In this document: one piece after another, positions 26,807 to 39,731 of the stretch
Position numbering within the stretch: position 1 is the stretch's first letter
Layout: each line of letters starts with the position of its first letter
DNA from: Octopus vulgaris
Lineage: Eukaryota
Assembly: GCA_951406725.2 (NCBI GenBank)
Contig: OX597814.1
Coordinates: 99,820,001 to 99,884,000 of the forward strand
Reading direction: 5' to 3'
Length of the DNA: 64,000 bases
Position numbers and translations under genes: made by a program
Notes under the pieces: generated by a model
The model's database searches: none
Told to the model about the DNA's origin: nothing
What the model saw: the letters and a program-made list of their open reading frames with translations, nothing else

Positions 26807-28584
26807 TGTTTCTTTATTAGCCACACAGGGCTGCACACAGGCAGGACAAAATTACAAGGTAGAGCTTTTCTTTTGGGAGTAAAAGAAGGGGGTTTGGTTT
26901 TCGATCAAAAGGGATCGTAAATGGAAAGAAAGAGGACAAAAAAAAGGAGGGGATAAAATAAAATTTTTTTAAAAAAGGGGAGGTGAGGAAAAAAAAAGGG
27001 AAAGGAAAAAAATTGATCAATAGGGATCGTTATCACAGAAATGTCAATATGAAGTGTAAAGGGGAGGACAGGTGAGGTTTACCCGTGGAAAGAAAAGCCT
27101 ACGGAAAAGACCACGGTAACCTCGGTCAATGAAGTCACATTTTATATTTCTTTTTTTGCAAATAAGCAACTCTCTGTATTAATTTTTACGGTTCACAGAA
27201 TCATAGTCAAGGTGGCTTCGTCATTCATACGTGCCATCCTTGCTACATTCACACATCTTTTTTTAAAACATTCACTAGACAAAACTTGCCTCTCTACTCT
27301 CACTTTCCTCTTCAAGTGATACTTGAAGAAGTTGATGAGAGATTGACCAGAGAGGAAAGTGTTTGTCTCTAATCCTTTCAGGCGCGTCCACCAGATACAT
27401 TCTTTCGCCATAGCCACAAGTATGATAAAAATAGCTCTTCCTTCCCGTTTGAAGGAAGGAGGCGTGACGATATTAACGATAGACTCGGCTGATAAACCGA
27501 CACGTCCCACACGTGACAGCAGTCGTTCGACATAAGCCCACAGGTCGGAAATTGTTGGACACTGCACGATTGCGTGCAGAGCGGTTTCGTCGCTCTGCCC
27601 GCATCTCGGGCAGGTCGGCCCCGTGTTTCTCGAGCCATGCCTATAGAGCTTATCCCGAACGGGTAGCGCTTCTCGGTAGCACCGCCAGGTCAGGGATCTC
27701 TGGAAGTTGTCCATAGGTCCCGGCCCGAAAGTCGTTTCAAACAGGCGGGTCAGGTATTCCTCGTCGACGCCCAGGTTTGCTCCAAGATCGTCGTCGTACC
27801 TCCCCTCCACTAATCCCCTATAGAATGCTTTGGTTGTGTTGAAGTCACTCAAGGTCGACCCGGGACGGCAGAGTTGCTTGAGAGCAACGCGACACTCGCG
27901 ATGCCATTCGCACTTCCTCGGCCTCTTCTTGATCCACGACTGCAGTTCGGTCATGGAGATGAGCTGCGGGAACGCGTGCCTCACAAACGGCGACCACACC
28001 TGTTCACCGTCGTCTACATAGAGCCGGAGATGTCGCAGTCTCAGCGCGTGTCTGCGCATCATCAACCATGGCATACCCAGCCGTCCTTTTAACGGGTGGA
28101 TAGATAGTTAGATAGATAGCCAGCCAGAAGAGAATGCTTTCCAGTTTGGTGATAGTAGGGTTGAGACAAGGTACGACGGTCAGACGGTAATCGATGACAG
28201 ATGCGATATACACGTTCGTCACCTCCACCCGACCTTTTAGGGATTGCTTCCTCTCGGTCCATTGCTAGGCGAGAGCGGTAACCCTAGTCGTTATTTCGCC
28301 CCAGTTCTTCTCCATTTAGAGGTCCGAACCGAACCAGACTTCGAGCAATTGAATCGGTCTATCGTTCCAGCCTCCCACGACGGAGACGCTGTTGGACGGC
28401 ATGGGCTTGCTTCTCCAGGTGCCGAGCAGCAAACCCACTGACTTTTCGCGGTTAAATTTTGCTCCCGTTACCGCTTCGTATTCTTTTAGTATCTCGCCGA
28501 CCAAGTCGATCTGCTTGTGGCTCGACACTATGACGGTGACGTCGTCCGCGTATGCAGACACGCTCGTACCGCATTCCAGCTCTC
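26806..28584 (-). mobile_element. 5'-truncated Tx1/L1-like LINE, copy 2, in (ATCT)n
   Basis: Same 3' UTR and terminus as 21572-22474; (ATCT)n in element orientation on both flanks. Confidence 0.95.
27193..28584 (-). pseudogene. Tx1/L1 ORF2 remnant (RT C-terminal half, thumb, zf-RVT)
   Basis: SAYADDVTVIV, GAKFNREKS, GLGMP-like segment, CPRCGQSDETALHAIVQC; frameshifts and stops upstream of 28074. Confidence 0.92.
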
Positions 28585-28624
<40 letters not shown>

Positions 28625-29118
28625 GTAGGTAGGTAGGTAGGTAGGTAGGTAGGTAGATAGGTAGGTAGGTAGGTAGGTAGGTAGGTAGGTAGGTAGGTAG
28701 GACAGGCAAAAGGACGTGGATTGCGGAACTTATAAATATTGAAATATTCATAGCGTAAGAACTGAGAGAAACTGAAAACTAAGAGCAAGTGAGAGATAAA
28801 GAGAAATTGATAGTTGAAAACTTCTGGGGGTGAGAACCTTTCATTGGTAAACAGAAGAGGCGGGAGGGAAATAGAGTTTTAAAGAATGTTAAGAGGATTG
28901 TGAGATAAAGAAGATAAATAGAATTAAAACAAACAAAAATTTCAGAGAAAAGCAAAGGAAGTAATTTGAATGTTATTTCGGAAAACTGAAAATGAGAAAA
29001 ATGAAATATGAGATGGACAGTGATTAAATAGAAAAATATCTATACTTACACATACGTATACACACGCACACACATGCACACAGACACTCATTCATATATA
29101 CATACATATACATACACA

Positions 29119-29180
<62 letters not shown>

Positions 29181-29728
29181 GTATATATATGTATATATAT
29201 AATATATGTGTATATATATATCATATACTATATATATATGTAGGTATTATAAATATATGTATATATACACAATATTACCTACACATCAATCTATCTTTTC
29301 TATGTTAATTTAGAGGGAGGGAGAGAGAATTGAGAGATGGATAAAGAAAAAATTTCGGGTATGATACATTTTATGCTAGAATCTGTTTTTAGAGAGTCAA
29401 GCAGATTACGGGTGTTTTTTCTTTTGTTTTTCTTTAAAAAAGGACAGAGAGCAAGTGAAATACGTTCATGGAAAATTTAGTTTTATATTGGTTGAAATGG
29501 GAACACCCTATTAAGTATTCTTTGTCGAATGTTTTCACCTTCACCAACATCACTAAGGAGATCCATGAGTCTACACTATTAATGGTTTTCATGAATTGTT
29601 TTAACTTCATATCAGGCACCAGAAAATAACAATAAGAATAAGAAAAAGAATAAGGAAGGAAATTCCAGTGAACCGACATTTTTCCGAATAAGAATGAATT
29701 GCTGTGTACATATTAAGAGTAGTTAAAT

Positions 29729-30075
29729 GTGAAAGTGCATAACTCAGTGGTTAGAGCGTCGGGCTCACAATCATGAGGTAGTGAGTTCGATTGCCAGACC
29801 GGGCTGTGTGCTGTGTTCTTGAGCAAGACACGTTACTTCACGTTACTCCAGTTCACTCAGCTCTAGAAATGAGTTGCAACTATAATGAGTACCAAACTGC
29901 ATCGGCCTTTGCCTTTCCCTCCGATAACGTCGGCGGCGTGAGGAAGGGAGGCTGATATGCATAAGTGACTGCTAGTCTTCCATAAACAACCTTGCCCGAC
30001 TCCTACCTCGGAGCCGGTAGGTAACTTACTGGGCGCAATCCCATGGTCATTCATGACCGAAGGGGATCTTTACTC
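29729..30075 (+). mobile_element. tRNA-derived SINE (head A-like, tail Z)
   Basis: CTCAGTGGTTAGAGCG, GAGTTCGATT, CORE-like segment; paralog at 54523-54855. Confidence 0.88.
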
Positions 30076-30686
30076 TTAATGGGAGTACTTTAAATGAGAA
30101 GAAAGGTGTTAATTAATAGTGTTTGCTTTGTGGCGGTACAAAATCCAGTCATCCCGACGAACAGAAGTAAAGAAAAAGCTTATGGACTAGATGCTGGAAT
30201 GTGTTGGCAAATGAGTACATATCCAATCGTCGTGAGGCTATTTTTCGATTCAGTGTTCAATGTGTGGGAGCTATACCTCCTTTTGTATCTTATTTGGCCT
30301 TTCCAGATAACTGGCAATTGCTGGCGGGTGGAGTAATATCTCGTCATAGCAGGAAGCTTACGAATAAAGGTCATCTAAAACTCAACGTTCTCGGTGTCTT
30401 AAGTGGTGAAAAGACTGTAGTTTGCATCGTTCTTGTTTACAACTGTTTTGACTGTATAATTAGGTATTGCTTCTTTCTAGAAACATAACGCAGTATTTTT
30501 TTATGTAATGCAATAGCGAATTTCAACAGAAAGAGAATGTTTTCTAAATATCATTATTCTACATCTCTAACAAAATAAATGTCATCACTTGTTCGCCTTA
30601 ATGTATTCTGAAACAAAACAAAATCACCTGTTCTTTTACCAGTAATCCAAAATATTACAATACGTATACATAAATATATATTTACA

Positions 30687-30746
<60 letters not shown>

Positions 30747-30927
30747 CATACATATATGCCATCTTTTTTGCGATATGCAGGACTACATTGACAAATTCAT
30801 CTTTCTTTTACAAAAAGTCGTGTGAGATTTGGTTCGGTTACTATTTTTAACAAGATGAGTGACTGAAGATGTGCTTCGTTTCCTCGTAAATATTACCAGT
30901 ACACTTGAGCACAGCCTATTAAGTATT

Positions 30928-31121
30928 CTTTTACATGTTTCAGTCATTTGACTGCGGCCATGCGTGACCCTAGGACTAATACTTTGTAAGCCTAGTTCTT
31001 ACTCTATCGGTCTCTTTTGCTGAATCGTTAAGTTGCACACCAGCATCAGTTATCAAGCGATGGTGGGGGTGGGCAATCACAGATACACACACACACACAA
31101 ATATATACATACATACACACA

Positions 31122-31182
<61 letters not shown>

Positions 31183-31262
31183 ACACATATATATGTACGT
31201 CGAGCTTTTTCCAGTTTCTGTCTACCAAATCCACTCATAAGATTTTGGTCAGCCCAAGCTGC
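30928..31262 (-). mobile_element. Decayed GCAGGAGTGGCTGTGTGG-family SINE
   Basis: TTTCAGTCATTTGACTGCGGCCATGC and other family segments. Confidence 0.78.
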
Positions 31263-31264
31263 CA

Positions 31265-31350
31265 CACTTTATGGGAAAGATGAAACCGGAGTCAGTTCCC
31301 TCGTTGATACGGTGTATACCTTCAGTGCTGATATCAGAATGGAGTTCCGA
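31265..31350 (+). mobile_element. Tiny Dong/R4-like RT fragment
   Basis: LYGKDETGVSSLVDTVYTFSADIRMEF matches the post-YMDD segment of RLE-type LINE RTs. Confidence 0.6.
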
Positions 31351-33299
31351 TAGCTTTTACTTTTTACATATAAACCCCATTACCTGAATATGACATGACA
31401 GTTGTCATTAAGTAAAGCAATGGTGACTGGATAGTCTGCATGTTAATGTGGATGGTTTACAAGTCGTAGAATGGTTGCTATCGCGATTTTAACATGCACC
31501 ACCCAAAAGCACCCGAAAAACGTTATTGATCGTTTAGATCCAACCAAAAAAGGCTATCGGCGTTTTATCAGAATGAGTTGAACATTACATTTTAAGTGAA
31601 AACATCTTACACACCCTCATCTTAATCATCAAGTTAATCGGAATGATCTTAATAACCGACATTTAAAACTTTATCGATATGATCAATATTGAAAACCTCA
31701 AAATGCTGTGAAAATACGAAAGTCTTTTGCGAAACGCAATTTTACAATTATTACTATGGCCTGGTTCCAAAACGGACCGCAACAACAAAGTCCACTCGTT
31801 ATACTTCTCGGTCCATCATCACTGCCACGAGGTTCTGGATACATTCCAGGTCATTGTTTACAATCAAGCTGTCGATGGTAATGCCGATAGTAAAACCGTT
31901 GTGTTGTAGCAAATTTCTGCAGAGAGTTGATAGGATTCGAACACGGTAATACGAAGGATTTAATAGAAAGATCGTAAATTACCTAGTACCACTATTTGCA
32001 GTTTGAATGAATTCAGTTGTCTAATAATAAGAATATATAATAATGAAAAAAATAAAAGGGTGCCGAAAACAATTAGCAGATGAACAAAATGTATCTAAAT
32101 AAAAATGCAAGGATGAAGTTACTGCAACTACTACCAACACCGAAGACTACGGCAACATCATATGAAAAATGGTAAACTAAAATAAACACAACTAAAAGTA
32201 CAAATAAACATTAACAAAAGGAAATTTAAAATACCAAAGAGAACAGAATAAAACAATTGAAAATCTCTGTATAGCGATGGGTTAAAATCACATTCTGCCA
32301 GTTGGTGTCATCTGTCACCAAAGCTTGGGGTCGGTTTGAAGGTTTAGTGACAGCAGCCTTAAATAAAGAATATTAATTGCTTGAGGGCAATTTAATAAGA
32401 AAAGCAAACAGCTGTAATGTCTTCTGATGGGTTAATGTCCTATATATATATTTTTTCTTTTGTTTTAGCATTGTAATCATTTCTTCACAATAAAAAAGAA
32501 AAGAAATGGCATTGATATTCACCATACTTGTGCGATTTAAACGAACTCCTCATTGACGTTTTCGTTGCAATTTTTTCTTTTTCCTGATGCTGAATTGATA
32601 GTTATTGTTTTTGTTGTTGCTGTTGTTGGTGGTGGTGTTGTTGCTGTGGTAATTCTTTCTGCAATTGTATTAATGATTTATTTATTTATTTATTTTTAAT
32701 CGGTGTGTTTTATTTTTAGTTCGTAACTGCTGCATTTGCAATTGCTAATATCATTTGCTATCATGATGCTGACAATGATGATGAATATCATCATCATCCT
32801 CATTATCATCATCATAATCATCATCATCATCATCATCATCATCGTCGTCGTCGTCGTTGTCGTCGTCGTCATCATCATCATTATTATCACGGTGATGATA
32901 ATGACGATGACGTTGAATACAACGAAGATGATGATGATGACCATAATAATGATGAGGATGACGGCGACGACGATGACGACGATGAGGACGATGATGATGA
33001 TGATGATGATGATGAAGATGATGACAACGTTGACGACAATGATGATGATGGTGTTGTCATTGATGATAAAGTTACGGGTATTGCTATCATTACAGCACAT
33101 GTTTATTGCTTCGTCTCTTGATATTTTTATATTTTGTTGCTCGTGATGTATTTCCGGCTGAAGTCGCTGATATCCAGTTTGTTGCAGAATACATGCAGTC
33201 GATGCTGATCTTTTGGTGAAGTCTGTTAAAAGTACTATGATTTGCGGCATTTCTGCATCTACCGTTGAAATAGCAATTTGAAAGGAATAGAGAGATGGA

Positions 33300-33337
33300 T
33301 AGATAGCTAGCTACCTAGCTAGCTAGCTAGATAGATT

Positions 33338-33413
<76 letters not shown>

Positions 33414-33696
33414 TATAGATAGATAGATAGATAGATAGATTGATAGATAGATAGATGGATAGACAGATAGATAGATAGATAGATAGATAGAGAGATAGAT
33501 AGATAGATAGATAGATAGAGAGATAGATAGAGAGATAGATAGAGAGAGAGACAGACAGACAGAGAGGAAGAGAGACAGAGAGGGAGAGAGAAGCAAAATG
33601 TAAGAGAGAAAAAGAATGGGGACAAAATGAGTGTAAAGGAAAGAGCTGGAGATAGAAAGAGACAGTATTCTATGTGCTTTCGCTTGTGAGAAACAG

Positions 33697-33778
<82 letters not shown>

Positions 33779-33960
33779 AGACAGACATACAGAGAGACAG
33801 AAACATAGAATGAGGGAAAGAAAGACAGAAAAAGAGAAAAGCATAGATAGACAGAAAGAGAGAGAGAGAGAGAGTAGGAGAGAGGGGAGAGAGGGCGAGA
33901 GAGAGAAGGAAGGTGAGAGAGGGGGAGAGACAGAGTGAGTGAGAGAGTGAGAGAGGATGG
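33300..33960. repeat. (AGAT)n and (AG)n purine-rich tract
   Basis: Direct inspection. Confidence 0.9.
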
Positions 33961-34447
33961 GACAGATGGCAGATTTCGAAATAATAGAACTTTGTTATTA
34001 ATAAGGATATAGGTATATTTTGTCAGTGTTTTTAAGTTGGTCGATAATCGCGGTGGTAATGGTGGTGGTGGTGGTGGTAATGGTAGTGATGGTGGTAGTG
34101 GTGGTGGTGGTGGTGGTGGTGATGAGAACGGTGTTGATGGATATATTGGTGTGTTTCTTTGCAGTCGTTGTCATCGTTGTCGCGTAAAACAATGTTATAG
34201 TGCTGAGGTGCGGTGCAGTCGTGTTGTTTGTGCTTGTGAATGTTATTCAAATATCAGCCATGTTGTTTATTGCTCCCGCTGCCGCCAACAATGGGGCTGA
34301 CTTGTGTCTTATGCTGATAATGATGTTTCATGCTGAAATGTAATATATGCCGATGGGAATGCCAAATAAATCATGTGCTTGTTTCCATATGTATGCATGT
34401 TTATACATACATACACACACACACACATAAATATATGTACATACCTA

Positions 34448-34740
34448 AAGGCACATGGTTTAGTGGTTAAGTTGTTTACATTCATGATTGCGAGATGGTC
34501 GTTTCGATTCCCAGACCGGCTGTGGCAATGTGTTCTTGAACAAATCACTTCATTTCACGATGCTCTGTGAACATTTCTTCATCTGACATGTTGCACATAG
34601 TGCACCTATACAGGGAATGTCGATTTGATGGAGGGAGTGAGCTTATGTGAAGACAAATATTTGATCACGACAAACAAATCATCTGTGTGCTTGTTCAGCA
34701 AGAAACTACCGAACGTGGTCTAACAACGGGAAAGTCCGTG
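34448..34740 (+). mobile_element. tRNA-derived SINE (head A, tail W)
   Basis: TGGTTTAGTGGTTAAG, GTTTCGATTCCC, CORE-like segment, tail W. Confidence 0.8.
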
Positions 34741-34990
34741 ATATACTGTTATACTCATAAGGTATTGGAATCTTATATTGTGTATAAACACTATACTTGG
34801 AATTAACTATTTTAAATACTGTTGGAGTTTTCTCATAAGGCATTGGAATCTTAGATATATACCATTCTACCTAAGAAAATGGATCTACAAATTCAATACC
34901 CCTACATATCTCACATCTATTTTTCCCCCACCTCACTCTCTATTTTGTATCCTATCTAAATTAACTATTACTTAACCATCCTCTCACATC

Positions 34991-35042
34991 GTCTCCGATG
35001 AAGGAATATAGTTAATAAATATCCTGGAAACAGCTGTAAGAC
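34991..35042 (+). ncRNA. Type I hammerhead ribozyme (CCGA core variant) in a PLE-like 3' remnant
   Basis: GTCT-CCGATGA-AGGAATAT...ATATCCT-G-GAAA-CAGCTG-T-A-AGAC; perfect palindromic stem III ACAGCTGT; upstream KWIYKFNTP resembles a GIY-YIG C-terminus; (TA)n follows. Confidence 0.72.
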
Positions 35043-35595
35043 CTTCTATCTATAAATGTTATAATATCTACACAACCTTGTTTTTTTTTTATCTCATTGC
35101 GCAAAAAAATTCTTATATATATATATATATAAACGCACAAAATTAGGTGATGAAGTTGAATCTCCTGCGAGTTGACATGGGATCCCTTGACGGCAATGTA
35201 AACTTCGTAAGCTAGCTCTTGAGGAAGGTTAATTGGCCCTATGACCCAAAACTAACAAGAGCAATAACAATAAAGCAATACTGATAATGTATTGGTACCC
35301 TACCAATGGTATTACTTTAAATTCAGTGTAAATGAAAACTTTGTAAGTTCACAGATTTTTGGTGTTCAATTAAAATTTGAAGTTTCAACTGTTAGCATAT
35401 AACAAATCCTCATGCAGACCTGATCCCAATGCTGGATGCTCTAGAACAAAATGAAGGGCAGATTTTCAATCCCGGGACCATCTTGATTCCAAAAGGGTGT
35501 AATATGTCTATGTAGAGTAAATGTAGACTGAGATATGGGGGTCCCGGATGGGCGCACAGACAGAATTTCTCATTTATTATTATCATAATAACCAC

Positions 35596-35656
<61 letters not shown>

Positions 35657-35666
35657 GTTATTGTTG

Positions 35667-35752
<86 letters not shown>

Positions 35753-35755
<3 letters not shown>

Positions 35756-36256
35756 TAGTTTTATTTTTATAGCGTGCTTTCACTTCACTACCGAGCACAG
35801 CTCTGTGTGCCTTGGGTATGTGCTGTGATTTGTTGTGATGCTCTGATGGTTATTGTATGGAAAGTGTTCTGCGTAGGATGTGTGCAGTGCCTAGTAGTGC
35901 AATTTTCTGTATGTTATATGTGTTTGTAAGTCCTGGTGTTTTTGTTATGTATTTGTCTGAATATTTTTTTATCATGCCTAATGCACCTACTATGATAGGA
36001 ATTGTTTCTGTTTTCAGATTCCACATTCTAGTTACCTCTATTTCCAGGTCTTTGTATTTTGAGAGTTTCTCCATTTCTTTTAGAGACACGTTGTCATCAG
36101 CATGTATTGATACATCAATTAGAAAGCATTTTTTTTCTTCATGATCTCTGACAACTATATCTGGTCTGTTGGCCTTAATTTCTCTATCTGTGTGTATCGG
36201 CACATCCCAGAGTATGGTTGCTTTCTCGTTTTCTGTGACCTTTTCTGGTGTGTGCC

Positions 36257-36257
<1 letters not shown>
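35753..36257 (-). mobile_element. Dong/R4-like LINE 3' fragment 1 (RLE domain) in (TAA)n
   Basis: ILWDVPIHTDREIKANRPDIVV..CFLIDVSI..EKLSKYKDL..PIIVGALG..QKIALLGTAHILRR*; 3' UTR runs into (TAA)n. Confidence 0.92.
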
Positions 36258-36304
<47 letters not shown>

Positions 36305-36307
<3 letters not shown>

Positions 36308-36865
36308 GTATTATGTACAAAGAAAACAAGAAAAATTATAAGTTTGTTTTAAAATTTGAGATTACAGAGACAGTATTTTACGTATGATATAGGCAGTTCC
36401 CATGAACACTAACTTTTGAATTTCTGCCATTTTGGGGTTTCCTGGTTTCTGCGCTAGGTAGCAATCAGCCCCTTTTGCTATCATTCCTATGACACCTATG
36501 ACAACAGGTATTGTTTTAGCCTTGAGGTTCCACATTTTACCCATTTCTATTTCCAAATCTTAATACTTGCTCAGCTTTTGGTAGGTCTTCGCAGATACGT
36601 TTATATCGATTGGGACAGTCATATCAATGAAGAGGTATGATATAATGTCTGTCTTATTCGCATCTATCTTTCTGTCAGTTTGAACAGCGAAGTTCCAGAC
36701 GAGTGAGATGTGATCATTTTCAAGCGCTGGAGGTGGTTTGTGTTCCCACTTGTTTTTATTATGGGGCAGGTCCAGGTTTTTTGCTCTATCATGCCTGTTG
36801 AGATAATCTGTAGGCGCAAGAAGACTGGACACGGAGACAACATTATCAATGGTTTCGCTTTGTTT
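36305..36865 (-). mobile_element. Dong/R4-like LINE 3' fragment 2
   Basis: ETIDNVVS..YLNRHD..WEHKP..WNFAVQTDRKIDANKTDI..QKLSKY*DLEIE..IPVVIGVIG. Confidence 0.88.
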
Positions 36866-36932
36866 ATCATCATCATCATCATCATCATCGTCATCATCAT
36901 CATCATCATTATTATTATTATTATTATTGTTA

Positions 36933-36998
<66 letters not shown>

Positions 36999-37009
36999 CA
37001 TTATTATTA

Positions 37010-37046
<37 letters not shown>

Positions 37047-37058
37047 CATCATCATCAT

Positions 37059-37766
37059 TGCCTTTGCAGAGCTTCTAATGCTAGAGTCGTACTACGGAGT
37101 CATCTGTTTACTACCAGTGAACTAAGGTAACACCTCTTATTTTTCGAGCACCTTCCGGAGTATTTGAGCGGATCCAAGCAGTGCTGTTTTCTGCAAATAC
37201 TCCCCCCTTATTGCAGCCCCGATTTGTTCAACGTACTTCTCGAGATTTTTGCTCACTCTTCCTAGGGCTCCGATAATAATTTGTACAACTGCTATCTTTT
37301 TCATCGACCACAACTGCTTAACTTCCCAAGCTAACCTGTTATATCTCTCGACTTTTCTTTTTTCCTTATTGCATAACTTATTGTCAGCTAGGCATGCTAT
37401 ATCTATGATCCAGCATAGTTTGTTTTCTTTCTCAATTAAGACTATGTCTATCTTCCTATTCTCTATCTCATGGTCGCACTGGATCTTTGCATTTCTATTT
37501 TCGACGATGCTTTCAGGTTTGTGGTCGTACCAATTTTTTGCTCTGCTAAGTCCATATTTGTTGCAAAGTGTCCAATGGACAAGCCTATCTATATTGTCAT
37601 GGAGTCTCTTATATTCCTTCTCGGCTAGTGGCGTATATTGGCTGGTAATATGGCATACGGTTTCACTCTTTTGTCCACAGATTCTGCACTTATCACTTTC
37701 TACTGTGTTGTCTATTTTGTATTTTATGTAGTTTGTTTTTAGTGCTTGTTCTTGGGCAGCACATAT
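37059..37766 (-). mobile_element. Dong/R4-like LINE 3' fragment 3 (zinc knuckle plus RLE)
   Basis: Frame not in the ORF track: CAAQEQALKTNYIK..CRICGQKSETVCHI..EYKRLHD..WYDHKPE..IIDIAC..IIIGALG..LQKTALLGSAQILRKVLEK*. Confidence 0.9.
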
Positions 37767-37828
37767 TAGAGCCCCCGTTTTTACGGTTTAAATCACTTTT
37801 AGTCAATATACATACATACATACATACA

Positions 37829-37880
<52 letters not shown>

Positions 37881-37893
37881 CATATATACAGAG

Positions 37894-37937
<44 letters not shown>

Positions 37938-38544
37938 TAACACACACACACACCGCGAGTGTATCTCACCAAAGAAAGATGTTGTGGCTAGCTCCTCGCA
38001 GTCCCGAATATTTCGTGAGTTTAGTGCTTTTATGTGGCAGTTCGAGTTAAAGTTTAGCTCTCATTTCTAGCAAGTGTAGGTGCTATTTTGCACCCTCAAA
38101 TATTAATTTTACCTTTTTGTCTTTAATTGCTATAGCCAACTATATTATGAATTATTTATTATGTCTTAATATCTTAATATATTATTATGCTATCTTATTG
38201 TTTATATAACTGCTCAATTCAGCATTTATTTAAATTCTATTTTGAAAATACTTCTTCTTCATAATTTCTTTTATCTGAGTCCCTGTGTCTCTATTTTAGT
38301 CATGCACGACCACCATAACTCATTTTCTCTAAATATCCTAAATCTATTTATCCTGATATTTCTTTTCATACGTTCCTCATTGGAAAATTGTCGCTGTTTC
38401 ATACAATTCTTTCTCTGTTTCTCTCTGTTTCTCTCTCTCCCTCTCTCTCTTTCTCTTCTTTGTTTTCTTTCTCTGATTTTATAAATGTTCATATTTAACC
38501 TCTTTATTTTTCTCTTAATCCTTCATTCTCTTTCTTGGTTAGTA

Positions 38545-39000
38545 TATTGTTGTTCATTCCTTCTCGAGCCATGCCTGGCTCATAAGGGCCGGTTTCCCGG
38601 TTTCCTTGGTGTATAGGTTCCTCACCTGAACGGGACGCCGGTCCGTCGCAAGTGAGCTGCAAGATGCCGGAGGAAAGAATGAGAGAAATTTGTGGCGAAA
38701 GAGTTAGCAGAAGTTCGCCATTACCTTCTGCCAGAGCCACATGGAGCTTAGGTGTTTTGCTCATAAACACACACATCGCTCGGTCTGAGATTTGAACCTG
38801 CGATCCCTCGACCGCGAGTCCGCTGCTTTAACCACTAGGCCATGTTCCTCCATTCCTCGACCGCGAGTCCGCTGCTCTAACCACTAGGCCATGTGCTACC
38901 ACTCCTCGACCGCGAACCCGCTGCTCTAACCACTAAGCCATCTTCATCCACTCCTCGACTGCGAGGAAGCTGCTCTAACCACTCGGCCATGTGCCTCCAC
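38545..39000 (-). mobile_element. tRNA-derived SINE (head B, tail Y) with four tandem 49-bp 5' monomers
   Basis: Head matches 1697-2080, tail matches 10694-10942; CCTCGAC at 38806, 38855, 38904, 38953. Confidence 0.88.
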
Positions 39001-39371
39001 TGGTTCGTACATTACTCTATGTATATTTTATATTGTATTTCTTTTCTCACCAAGAAACCTACTATGTGCGTGTGTGCGACTTTCTCCCTCTCTCTCTCCC
39101 TCTCTCTCTCTCCCTCTCTCTCTCCCTCGCTCCCTCGCTCCCTCTCTTTCTCTCTCTCTTCCTCTCTCTCTTCCTTTCTCTCTCTATCTCTTTCTCTCTC
39201 TCTCTTTCACTCATTTTCTATCACTGCAACCGTGTAACTATATGTGTTTACTGGTGTGAAACTAGATAACAATGTGGTGGTGGATGAAAGGAATCAAAGA
39301 TTGCGTGTAGATCAGATGGAGACGATAAGCATGTTACAAGCAGGATTATTACTATCATTATTATTATCATC

Positions 39372-39731
<360 letters not shown>

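Noticed and set aside
38806-39000. CRISPR-like array
   Set aside because: Contiguous tandem units without unique spacers, eukaryotic context, derived from a SINE head
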